DNA of 33,369 nucleotides from an uncultured Candidatus Saccharibacteria bacterium (GTDB lineage: Bacteria > Patescibacteriota > Minisyncoccia > Phycocordibacterales > Phycocordibacteraceae): assembly GCA_964590695.1 (NCBI GenBank), contig CAZPXA010000003.1:2628-35996 (forward strand), given 5' to 3'. The stretch's first letter is position 1; the number at the start of each line of letters is the position of its first letter. This document shows, one piece after another, positions 1-7,951 of this stretch. Below the pieces are notes generated by a model that was given only the letters and a program-made list of their open reading frames with translations, was not told the DNA's origin and did no database searches. The position numbers and the translations under genes were made by a program.

Positions 1-825
1 GGAGGAACCTATCGGCATGGCGGCTACGAGCATTTCAAAATAAATGACCCGAAACCCCGCGACATTCACAAGGCGAGCGTGCGCGACCGACTCGTTCATC
101 ATGCGGCGTATCGCAGGCTCTATCCGTTCTTTGACCGTACCTTCATCGGCGACTCGTATTCATGCCGTCTAGGGAAGGGAACACATCGGGCAATGAATCG
201 TTTTAGGACATTTGCGTATCAGGCGAGCAAGAATCACACGAAGACCCTCTGGGTACTCAAGTGTGACATCAGGAAATTCTTTGCATCCATTGACCAACAC
301 ATACTACTCGGCATTTTGCGAAAACGCCTTTCCGATGAACGCACTATAAAAAACATATTGCAGAATGTAATAGAGAGTTTTCGTTCAACTACTCTCGGCA
401 AAGGCCTTCCGCTCGGCAATCTCACCTCACAACTTCTTGTGAACATATACATGAACGAGTTTGACCAGTTTGTGAAGCGCAAATTGAAAATAAAACAGTA
501 TATTCGTTATGCTGACGATTCCGTTCTCTTTTCAAAAGATAAAAACTATCTGACAAAAATACTTCCATATATGGTAGTGTTTTTGCGCGACAAATTGAAA
601 CTTGAAATGCACCCGGACAAAATATCAATTCAAACGCTTGCTTCCGGTGTTGACTTTCTCGGCTGGGCGCACTTTTCCGACCATCGCGTGTTACGTACCA
701 GTACGAAACGGCGCATGCTAAAAGCGGTTGAGGGGAATCCGAAAGAAGAAACTCTCGCATCGTATCGCGGCATGCTCCGCCACGGGAATGCGCATAAACT
801 AGCGGGATCGATTCCGATGGTGTGA
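1..825 (+). CDS. Diversity-generating retroelement (DGR)-type reverse transcriptase, 5' end truncated by the window edge
   Basis: Frame 1 is open from nt 1 (GGTYRHGGYEHFKINDPKPRDIHKASVRDRLVHHA...), so the tracked GTG at 79 is internal. RT motifs occur in order: PKPR, DRLVHHA, SCRLGKGTH, LKCDIRKFFASID, GLPLGNLTSQLLVNIYM (the [LIV]GxxxSQ signature typical of DGR RTs), RYADDSVLF (YxDD box) and GVDFLGW. The order is collinear with Bordetella phage BPP-1 Brt as I remember it. Stop TGA at 823-825. Confidence 0.88.
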   Translation, partial: GGTYRHGGYEHFKINDPKPRDIHKASVRDRLVHHAAYRRLYPFFDRTFIGDSYSCRLGKGTHRAMNRFRTFAYQASKNHTKTLWVLKCDIRKFFASIDQHILLGILRKRLSDERTIKNILQNVIESFRSTTLGKGLPLGNLTSQLLVNIYMNEFDQFVKRKLKIKQYIRYADDSVLFSKDKNYLTKILPYMVVFLRDKLKLEMHPDKISIQTLASGVDFLGWAHFSDHRVLRTSTKRRMLKAVEGNPKEETLASYRGMLRHGNAHKLAGSIPMV

Positions 826-838
826 TACACTGTCCTCC

Positions 839-1057
839 ATGTCCCGTACAAGCTTGCTCATACTTTTTGGCATTTTGACTGTCCTCGTACCGTTCTCCGG
901 ATTGCCAATCGCTGTTCGTACCCTGCTTACCGTCATTCTCGGCGCGAGCGTGGCCGGTATCGGTCTCGCGCTCCGTACGCGCGAAGCGCGAAATATGCAG
1001 CCGCCAGCTGAAACCCCTCCAATTAGTCCTCCGTCGAACGGTATCTCCCCTCTATAG
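839..1057 (+). CDS. Small membrane protein (two predicted TM helices plus a Pro-rich tail), hypothetical
   Basis: 72-aa ORF with an ATG start. It has two hydrophobic stretches (LLILFGILTVLVPFSGLPIAV and LLTVILGASVAGIGLAL) followed by PPAETPPISPPSNG. No recognisable family. It fits the 13-nt and 20-nt gaps to its neighbours. Confidence 0.45.
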   Translation: MSRTSLLILFGILTVLVPFSGLPIAVRTLLTVILGASVAGIGLALRTREARNMQPPAETPPISPPSNGISPL

Positions 1058-1077
1058 ATAGCGTATAATTGAGAGCG

Positions 1078-2832
1078 ATGGAAAATCCAGAGCGCGTGAC
1101 CTACTTCGCGGCGACTGACGCGCGGGGGAAATATGTGCCTTTCGGTATCAAAGCGAAGGACCGCGACCGTCACCTGTACGTTATCGGCAAGACCGGCATG
1201 GGCAAGTCCACCTTGCTCGAGAATATGGCGATCCAAGACTTGCGCAATGGCGAAGGCTTCGCGTTTATTGACCCGCACGGCGGGACGGTTGACCGCCTCC
1301 TCGACTTCATTCCTGAAAACCGCATAAAAGACGTCGTGTACTTCGCGCCGTTTGACTTGGAACACCCTATCGCGTTCAACGTGATGGAGGACGTTGGTTA
1401 CGACAAGCGCCATTTGGTCGTGAGCGGCCTCATGGCGACTTTCAAGAAGATATGGGAGGACGCGTGGAGCGCACGTATGGAATATATCCTCACGAACACA
1501 CTTCTCGCCCTCCTTGAATATCCGGATGCAACCCTGCTCGGCGTCAATCGCATGTACACCGACAAAGAGTACCGCAAGAAGGTTGTTGAGAATGTAAAAG
1601 ACCCGGTCGTCAAGGATTTTTGGACGAAAGAATTTGCTATCTATACCGACCGCTACACGCAGGAGGCCACGCCCGCTATACAGAACAAGGTCGGCCAATT
1701 CACGGGCAACCCGCTTATTAGGAACATCATCGGACAGCCGAAATCTTCTTTTGACATCCGCACGATGATGGACGAAAGGAAGATACTCATCATCAACCTT
1801 TCAAAAGGTCTTGTGGGGGAAACTAATATGCGCTTGCTTGGCTCGATGCTCACCACGCGCATCTTCCTTGCAGCCATGAGCAGGGCGAATCTGCCAGCCG
1901 CCGAACTCGCGAAACACCCTAGTTTTTATTTTTACGTTGACGAATTCCAGAACTTCGCGAATGAGACATTTGCAGAAATCCTCTCCGAAGCTCGCAAATA
2001 TAAATTGAATCTTGTCATCGCGCATCAGTATATCGAGCAAATGGAAGAAGAAGTGCGCGACGCTGTTTTCGGCAACGTCGGCACGACCGTGGTTTTCCGC
2101 GTCGGCCCATTTGACGCGGAGGTGCTCGAAACGATATTCATGCCGCGGTTCACGAAGGAGGACGTCGTCGGCCTCGATAAGCGGCAGATATACCTTTCTC
2201 TCATGATAGACGGCGTCGGGTCCCAACCGTTCTCGGCTGTGACCATTCCGCCGATAGAAGCGCCGCCGGCGTCTTTCAGGGAACAGGTTATCGCTTCGTC
2301 GCGCGCCCAATTTGCCGCAGCGCGCTCGGGCGTTGAAAAGGCGATAGGGGACGAGTTTGCGACAAGCGCGCCTCCAGAGGCGCCGCTTGACGCGCGCATG
2401 AGGAGGAAACCACCCCGTCCTGTCTCGCCTGCTCCAAATCTCGCTCCGCTCCGCATAACCCTAGAGCCGCCAAAGGCCTCCCGTCCTTCGTCCGTTGACC
2501 AGAGGACTACGGAGGGCACGGCGCAAAGGCCTCTGCCTGGTCGGCAGGCGGAATCGAATTTCCCCTCCCGAACGCCATCTGACAGAGCCAAACCATTTCC
2601 TCTCCGGCCACCCGCTGCGGCTAAGACCTCCGAGGACCTTAAGGCAATTTTACGGTCCATGACTGCGAAGAATGGTGCAGAAAAAGAGAAGAAGCAAGAG
2701 CAGAGGCAGCAGTCGCTGAAAGGAGCGCTGACAGATGTCATTACACGAAATCAACAGCAAAAGCAGCCAGAAAAACAGCCATTTGAAATTCCCGAGGACA
2801 CGCTCCGGAAGGTACTCAAGGGTGATGTATGA
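1078..2832 (+). CDS. TraD/VirD4-like (type IV coupling protein-like) P-loop ATPase, soluble, with a ~190-aa low-complexity C-terminal tail
   Basis: Walker A is VIGKTGMGKST and Walker B-like is FYFYVDEFQNF. The TraG/TraD C-terminal-like block is ARKYKLNLVIAHQYIEQM...FGNVGTTVVFRVG. There is no N-terminal TM segment. The tail after about aa 395 is rich in P/A/S/R/K/Q. I prefer ATG 1078 over the tracked TTG 1069. The stop overlaps the next start (ATGA at 2829-2832). Confidence 0.72.
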   Translation: MENPERVTYFAATDARGKYVPFGIKAKDRDRHLYVIGKTGMGKSTLLENMAIQDLRNGEGFAFIDPHGGTVDRLLDFIPENRIKDVVYFAPFDLEHPIAFNVMEDVGYDKRHLVVSGLMATFKKIWEDAWSARMEYILTNTLLALLEYPDATLLGVNRMYTDKEYRKKVVENVKDPVVKDFWTKEFAIYTDRYTQEATPAIQNKVGQFTGNPLIRNIIGQPKSSFDIRTMMDERKILIINLSKGLVGETNMRLLGSMLTTRIFLAAMSRANLPAAELAKHPSFYFYVDEFQNFANETFAEILSEARKYKLNLVIAHQYIEQMEEEVRDAVFGNVGTTVVFRVGPFDAEVLETIFMPRFTKEDVVGLDKRQIYLSLMIDGVGSQPFSAVTIPPIEAPPASFREQVIASSRAQFAAARSGVEKAIGDEFATSAPPEAPLDARMRRKPPRPVSPAPNLAPLRITLEPPKASRPSSVDQRTTEGTAQRPLPGRQAESNFPSRTPSDRAKPFPLRPPAAAKTSEDLKAILRSMTAKNGAEKEKKQEQRQQSLKGALTDVITRNQQQKQPEKQPFEIPEDTLRKVLKGDV

Positions 2833-4238
2833 CACTTTCCATGCGCCTCGCTGGTCTGCTTACGCTGGCAATCTTCTTTCCTATGCCCGTACGTGCCGCG
2901 GTAGTGATTAACGAAATTGCATGGATGGGAAGCGCGGCAAGCGCGAACGCAGAATGGATGGAACTGTACAATTCGGGCAGCGCGCCAGTGGACCTCACGA
3001 ACTGGCACCTTGTCGCCGCTAACGGTTCTCCCTCGTTGACACTCGCGGGCTCTATCGCAGCAAACGGGTTTTTCCTGCTTGAGCGTACTTCGGATGCTTC
3101 AGTACCTACGGCAACTGCCGACCAGATTTATACCGGCGCGCTCACTAATAGCGGGACAACACTCACGCTCTCAGACGCCAGCGGGAGTAACGCTGATGAG
3201 GTTATAGGTGGCGCAAATTGGGTAAATGTCGGCGGCGATAATGCGAGCAAAGAAACCGCCCAGCGCACAGCCTCCGGCTGGGAAACGGCGGTCGCCACGC
3301 CACGCGCCATAAATGCCGGCGTCTCAAATTCATCTTCCAACTCTTCTTCATCTTCAAGCGCGACAAGCACGACAACCGCACCAGCTGTTTCTTCTTCAGG
3401 CGGCGGCGGTGGCCCTCCGGAATATATACCAATTCCAATGCTCCGCATTGTTACCACCGGAGACCGTAGCGTATCCTCCGGCGCGGACACCGCTTTTACC
3501 GCCGTCGTGTATGACGGCAAAGGGAATAGGCGCAACGACGCCCTTGTGACATGGTCGTTTGGCGATGGGATGCGAAAGACTGGTGCAAGCGTCTTTCATA
3601 CGTACTACAATCCGGGCGAATATCTTGCCGTCGCCCACGCCTCTACTTCCGACGGCGGCGACGCGCTCGCCGAAGTCATTGTCACCGTACAAGACGCCGG
3701 CGTCAAAATCGTTTCGGTATCTCCCCGAGGCATCAATCTTATGAATAGCAGCACGCGTACGACCGACCTTTCGCTCTGGCGTTTGTCAGCGGGCGGGAAA
3801 GAATTTAAGATTCCCGAGGACACGCAGATTCTCGCTGGCCGCTCGGTCCTCTTTCCTTTTCAGGTGATAGGACTACCGCTTGCAGGCTCGGCATTGCTCT
3901 TGTACCCAAGCGGGGAAGTGGCAGATGTGTATCCAGCAGTAGCGTTTGCGCCCGCCGGAGGCGGACCCGCCTCCGGCGGGCAACCTTCTCCTAGTATGAT
4001 GAGGTATAAAAAAGTATCGGAGGTCGAGCCGATATCAAGCGCGAGTACGGAAGCACAAATACATGAAGAAGCAGTAGATGCCCCCGCAGCGACGACCGAA
4101 CTCGCCGCCGCGGGGGCGGCGTTGCCTTCTCCGTCGCCAGCACCTGCTGCGCGCATCTTTGATATCTTCAAGTCCCCTTGGACGCTCGGCCTCCTCGGCG
4201 TAATCACTCTTGCGGGAGGCGCTTTTATCTTTCTCTAG
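2829..4238 (+). CDS. Secreted/surface protein: signal peptide, lamin-tail domain (LTD), Ser/Thr linker, PKD domain, second LTD-like domain, C-terminal TM anchor
   Basis: Signal-like N-terminus MTLSMRLAGLLTLAIFFPMPVRA. LTD consensus VVINEIAW...AEWMELYNSGSAPVDLTNWHL. Linker SNSSSNSSSSSSATSTTT...GGGGGPP. PKD motif WSFGDG...HTYYNPGEYLAV. Second LTD-like block INLMNSSTRTTDLSLWRLSAGGKEFKIPEDTQILAGRSVLF. Terminal hydrophobic helix WTLGLLGVITLAGGAFIFL. Confidence 0.8.
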   Translation: MTLSMRLAGLLTLAIFFPMPVRAAVVINEIAWMGSAASANAEWMELYNSGSAPVDLTNWHLVAANGSPSLTLAGSIAANGFFLLERTSDASVPTATADQIYTGALTNSGTTLTLSDASGSNADEVIGGANWVNVGGDNASKETAQRTASGWETAVATPRAINAGVSNSSSNSSSSSSATSTTTAPAVSSSGGGGGPPEYIPIPMLRIVTTGDRSVSSGADTAFTAVVYDGKGNRRNDALVTWSFGDGMRKTGASVFHTYYNPGEYLAVAHASTSDGGDALAEVIVTVQDAGVKIVSVSPRGINLMNSSTRTTDLSLWRLSAGGKEFKIPEDTQILAGRSVLFPFQVIGLPLAGSALLLYPSGEVADVYPAVAFAPAGGGPASGGQPSPSMMRYKKVSEVEPISSASTEAQIHEEAVDAPAATTELAAAGAALPSPSPAPAARIFDIFKSPWTLGLLGVITLAGGAFIFL

Positions 4239-4242
4239 GCAC

Positions 4243-5688
4243 ATGAATAAGAAACTCATTCTCGTGACTGGCGGCGTGGGCTTCATCGGCTCACATCTTT
4301 GTGCCCGTCTGCACAAAGATGGCCATCGCGTCATTTCGCTCGACAATTACTTTACCGGCAGTCGCGAGAATCATGTTCCGGGGGTTGAATATCGCGAGGG
4401 GCATACGAAAGATATCGAGAAATATATTCCCGAAACGCCCGACCTCATCTACCACCTCGGCGAATATTCTCGTCTTGAAAAAAGTTTTGAGGATGTGGAA
4501 TTAGTTTGGGATTTGAATCAATTCGGGACCTTCGCCGTACTCGAATTCGCGCGCCGTCGCGGTGCGAAAATTATCTACGCTGGTTCTTCAACCAAATTTA
4601 GCGCTGGCGGTCTTGGGCGTGATCAGAGCCCGTACGCCTGGAGTAAAGCGAATATGAGCGAACTGGTCAAGAACTATGGAGATTGGTTCGGTATTAACTA
4701 TGCAATAACTTATTTCTATAATGTGTACGGTCCAGGCGAACGCGCCGGCGCCATGGGGACCGTGAATGCGATTTTTAAGGAGCAATACAAGCGCGGACTT
4801 CCGCTCAGTGTTGTTTCTCCCGGGACCCAGGAACGTATCTTTACGCATGTACACGATATTGTCGATGGTCTCATTATGGTCGGGGAGAACGGAGAAGGAG
4901 ACGGGTATGGTATTGGAAGTACAGAAGATGCGTATTCTATTCTCGAGCTCGCGGAACTATTTGGTAAGGAGATCGTTATGCTTCCCGAGCGGCAAGGAAA
5001 TCGTCTGCAAGCCGCTATCGATTGTAGCAAAACGCGCGCGCTCGGCTGGGCACCGCGACGGTCGCTGAAAGACGATATTTCCGAATTCATAAAAAGTACC
5101 AAGCCCAAACCCGCACCCGAAAAACGCATCATCGTCTTCACCACCACATTTCACCCCATTTCAGGCCCCGCGGAGGATGCACTTTGTGAACTTATGTTGA
5201 AACTTCCAGATGTACACTTTGATATTATTACGGCCGCTCACGCTAAAGAAGCGCTTGGTGTTCCTTGCATCGTTGCCAACGGCACGGTTTATCGTGTGGG
5301 CTTCGGCAATCGTTTTGATAAATTCCTCCTGCCGCTTCTCGGTATACGCAAAGCGCTCCATCTCGCAAATAAACATACGTATCTTTTTTCGTGGTCCATC
5401 ATGGCAAGCTACGGCACTCTGCCGGCGCTCATCCTTCGGAAAGGGAAACTCATTCCACTTCTCGTAACGCTCGCCGACCAGAACCTCTCATGGTATGAAC
5501 GGCTCTTCCTGCGCCTTATTTTCTCGCATACCGACCAAGTGTATGCCTCAACACCCGAACAAGACCAAAAACTCATTTCGCTTGAAGCGCGTATGCGCGC
5601 CCGCACATCGCTCGGTGTCGGCGACTCCTTCGCTAATCAGATCCGCTTCGCCTACTCTACTATCTTACGCAAACGCAATGCCCGATAA
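4243..5688 (+). CDS. NAD-dependent epimerase/dehydratase (extended SDR) fused to a GT4 N-terminal-domain-like half
   Basis: ATG 4243 (MNKKLILVTGGVGFIGSH = GxxGxxG) lies just after the upstream stop at 4238. YAWSK matches the YxxxK catalytic motif. Residues from about 305 onward (KRIIVFTTTFHPISGPAEDA...VYRVG...LVTLADQN) parallel the N-domain of the next gene (KTILIFSLAYYPNFVGGAEVA...VHRVG...VLTLQEGD) but lack any E-x7-E donor domain. Confidence 0.8.
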   Translation: MNKKLILVTGGVGFIGSHLCARLHKDGHRVISLDNYFTGSRENHVPGVEYREGHTKDIEKYIPETPDLIYHLGEYSRLEKSFEDVELVWDLNQFGTFAVLEFARRRGAKIIYAGSSTKFSAGGLGRDQSPYAWSKANMSELVKNYGDWFGINYAITYFYNVYGPGERAGAMGTVNAIFKEQYKRGLPLSVVSPGTQERIFTHVHDIVDGLIMVGENGEGDGYGIGSTEDAYSILELAELFGKEIVMLPERQGNRLQAAIDCSKTRALGWAPRRSLKDDISEFIKSTKPKPAPEKRIIVFTTTFHPISGPAEDALCELMLKLPDVHFDIITAAHAKEALGVPCIVANGTVYRVGFGNRFDKFLLPLLGIRKALHLANKHTYLFSWSIMASYGTLPALILRKGKLIPLLVTLADQNLSWYERLFLRLIFSHTDQVYASTPEQDQKLISLEARMRARTSLGVGDSFANQIRFAYSTILRKRNAR

Positions 5689-6826
5689 GGAAGTTAAAAC
5701 AATCCTCATATTCTCGCTTGCATACTATCCGAACTTCGTCGGCGGAGCGGAAGTGGCGATAAAGGAAATCACTGACCGAATCTCCGATATCGAATGGCAC
5801 ATACTCACCCTCAACTTCGGAGGCGATCCAGCAGAAGAGAAGATGGGGAATGTATATGTGCACCGCGTTGGTCCGCCAGCTGGCGGAGGCGCTTCGTACC
5901 TCTCGAAAATATTGTTCGTACCGCGCGCCGCGAGAGCGGCGCGCAGTCTCCATTCCCGGCTCCATTTCGACGCTCTTTGGGCCATGATGAGCTATATGCT
6001 ATTTCCGATTGTGCTCGCGCGACTTTCTGTACCGTATGTTCTCACTCTGCAAGAGGGCGACCCGTGGGAGCACATGTTTAGTCGCTGGTTTATTCTCCCC
6101 TTCCGTTCCTTCCTCGCGCGCGGCTTCCGAAATGCCTCTGCCGTAACGGCGCTTTCGACCTATCTTGCCGAGTGGGCGCGACAGATGGGCTATGCAAGAC
6201 CGATTAAAATTGTTCCAAACGGTGTTGATATACGGCATTTTTCCGGCACTCCTGTCGCGCATGAAGGAACGGTACTCATTACCACTTCCCGTCTCGTACA
6301 CAAAAACGCGATTGACGATGTCATTCGTGCGCTCGCGCTCCTGCCACCACACATTCGTTTTAAAATCTTAGGTACTGGTCCGGACGAAGTCGCGCTTAAG
6401 GAACTTGCGAAAAAAGAAGGCGTATCCGAACGAGTGGAGTTCTTGGGGCATATTGACCACAGGGACATGCCGCGTTATTTGCATGCAGCGGATATTTTTA
6501 TTCGCCCCTCGCGTTCCGAAGGGCAGGGGGCCTCATTCATGGAAGCGATGGCGACCGGTCTCCCAGTCATCGCGACACAGGAAGGCGGTATTTCTGATTT
6601 TCTTTTTGACGAGAAACGAAACCCCGATAGAGAAACCACGGGGTGGGCCGTGGATAAGGACTCTCCTGAACAGATAGCCGAAGCCGTGAAAGATATTGTG
6701 GCGAATCCGGAAAAAGTGAAAAAAGTGACGGCTCATGCGGCACAGATGGTTCGCGAAAAATACGACTGGAATCTTATCGCAAAGCAGATGCGAGGAGTAT
6801 TCGACCGGTTGCTCAAGAACCGCTAG
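5678..6826 (+). CDS. Glycosyltransferase family 4 (GT-B)
   Basis: ATG 5678 (MPDKEVKTILIFSLAYYP...) overlaps the upstream stop by 11 nt. The tracked 5495 start would run through the upstream CDS. C-domain motif SRSEGQGASFMEAMATGLPVIATQEGGISDFL. Confidence 0.85.
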   Translation: MPDKEVKTILIFSLAYYPNFVGGAEVAIKEITDRISDIEWHILTLNFGGDPAEEKMGNVYVHRVGPPAGGGASYLSKILFVPRAARAARSLHSRLHFDALWAMMSYMLFPIVLARLSVPYVLTLQEGDPWEHMFSRWFILPFRSFLARGFRNASAVTALSTYLAEWARQMGYARPIKIVPNGVDIRHFSGTPVAHEGTVLITTSRLVHKNAIDDVIRALALLPPHIRFKILGTGPDEVALKELAKKEGVSERVEFLGHIDHRDMPRYLHAADIFIRPSRSEGQGASFMEAMATGLPVIATQEGGISDFLFDEKRNPDRETTGWAVDKDSPEQIAEAVKDIVANPEKVKKVTAHAAQMVREKYDWNLIAKQMRGVFDRLLKNR

Positions 6827-6835
6827 AATACGCGT

Positions 6836-7951
6836 ATGCGGCTCGTTATTGCGACGCCCCTCTACCCGCCCGAAATAGGCGGGCCCGCAACCTACGCCAA
6901 ACTGCTTTTTGAGGGATTGCCGGAAAAAGGCATTGAGGTTGAATTGGTGAAGTTCAGCAGGGTTCGACATTTGCCGAAGCTTATTCGGCACTATGCCTAT
7001 TACTGCCGTGTACTCAAGGCGGCGCGGAATGCGGACGCCGTCCTCGCACTTGACCCGGTCTCGGTCGGGCTGCCAGCGATGAAGGCGGCACAGAAGGCGA
7101 GGAAACCCTTTGTGGTGAAAATAGTCGGCGACTATGCGTGGGAGCAGGGCGTACAGCGGTTTGGTGTAACGCAGAACCTGGACGAATTCGTGAAGACGGA
7201 GCGCGTGCCGTTTCCGGTACGCGTGCTCCGGCGCATACAGACCCGTGTGGCGCGGAGCGCCACACGGGTCATCGTACCGAGCGAATACTTGAAAGGTATT
7301 GTGATGTCATGGGGCATCCCAGCAGAGAAAATTGAAGTTATATACAATGCAGTGTCTGTCGAACACATAGGTGAAATCCCAAACATGATACAAAGGCTCC
7401 CTCGGCCCCGTGTGGTAACTGTGGCTCGGTTGGTGAAATGGAAAGGCATTGATGGACTCATGCGGGTCTTTGATGGTATCTGGAGTGCCCGACGAAAGGG
7501 ATTAAATCCATCTCTTATCATTGTTGGCTCGGGTCCCGAAGAATTGCAATTGAAAGAGCTAAAAGAACACTCACACAATTTGCGATTGGACGAGGTTTGT
7601 ATTTTTACCGGTGAACGTTCTCATGAAGAGACGCTTGCAATAATGAATGATGCCGATATTTTCGTATTAAATTCCACATATGAGGGTCTTTCTCATGTGC
7701 TCATTGAGGCGCTAAGACTGGGGAAATGTATTTTAGCGACAAATGCTGGTGGAAATCCAGAAATTATCGTTTCAGGAGAAGGGATGCTCATTAATGTAGA
7801 CAAGGAAACTGAACTAGCATCTTCTCTAAGGATATTGATTGAATATAAACAGGAGCGAGACAAATATGCTTCTGCTGCGAAGAAATCAGGGAAGCGATTC
7901 TCGCTTGAAACGATGCTTTCAAAAACCGCGGCGACGCTGCAACAGTTATGA
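6836..7951 (+). CDS. Glycosyltransferase family 4 (GT-B), compositionally mosaic
   Basis: N-terminus MRLVIATPLYPPEIGGPATY. C-domain motif NSTYEGLSHVLIEALRLGKCILATNAGGNPEII. The ORF is intact even though GC drops sharply near nt 7300. Confidence 0.85.
   Translation: MRLVIATPLYPPEIGGPATYAKLLFEGLPEKGIEVELVKFSRVRHLPKLIRHYAYYCRVLKAARNADAVLALDPVSVGLPAMKAAQKARKPFVVKIVGDYAWEQGVQRFGVTQNLDEFVKTERVPFPVRVLRRIQTRVARSATRVIVPSEYLKGIVMSWGIPAEKIEVIYNAVSVEHIGEIPNMIQRLPRPRVVTVARLVKWKGIDGLMRVFDGIWSARRKGLNPSLIIVGSGPEELQLKELKEHSHNLRLDEVCIFTGERSHEETLAIMNDADIFVLNSTYEGLSHVLIEALRLGKCILATNAGGNPEIIVSGEGMLINVDKETELASSLRILIEYKQERDKYASAAKKSGKRFSLETMLSKTAATLQQL

Noticed and set aside
826..1068. Possible DGR template repeat downstream of the RT.
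   Set aside because: The stretch encodes a plausible two-helix membrane peptide and has no adenine- or AAC-rich tract. I could not see by eye a second near-identical copy elsewhere in the window. A computed self-alignment is still needed.
1064..1069. TATAAT hexamer 8 nt before the ATPase ATG, as an internal promoter.
   Set aside because: It is a perfect -10 hexamer but has no TG extension or -35 element. The gene follows the small ORF by only 20 nt in what looks like one operon. It is plausible but unsupported, so I did not list it as a feature.
799..1698. 299-aa minus-strand ORF antisense to the small membrane protein and the ATPase gene.
   Set aside because: It runs opposite a CDS with clear Walker A and T4CP motifs and spans a gene boundary. 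Its sequence is Arg/Val/His-rich with no motifs. It is a typical shadow ORF in GC-rich coding DNA.
2025..2741. 238-aa minus-strand ORF, together with several 60-170-aa ORFs opposite the ATPase tail.
   Set aside because: It lies opposite the low-complexity Pro/Ala-rich tail of the ATPase. Stop codons are rare in all frames there because of composition. The product is Gly/Ser/Arg/Ala low-complexity sequence.
3318..3419. Repetitive tct/tca/tcc-rich DNA that looks like a tandem repeat.
   Set aside because: It is in-frame serine/threonine codon low complexity that encodes the linker of the surface protein. It is not a structured tandem repeat or CRISPR-like array.
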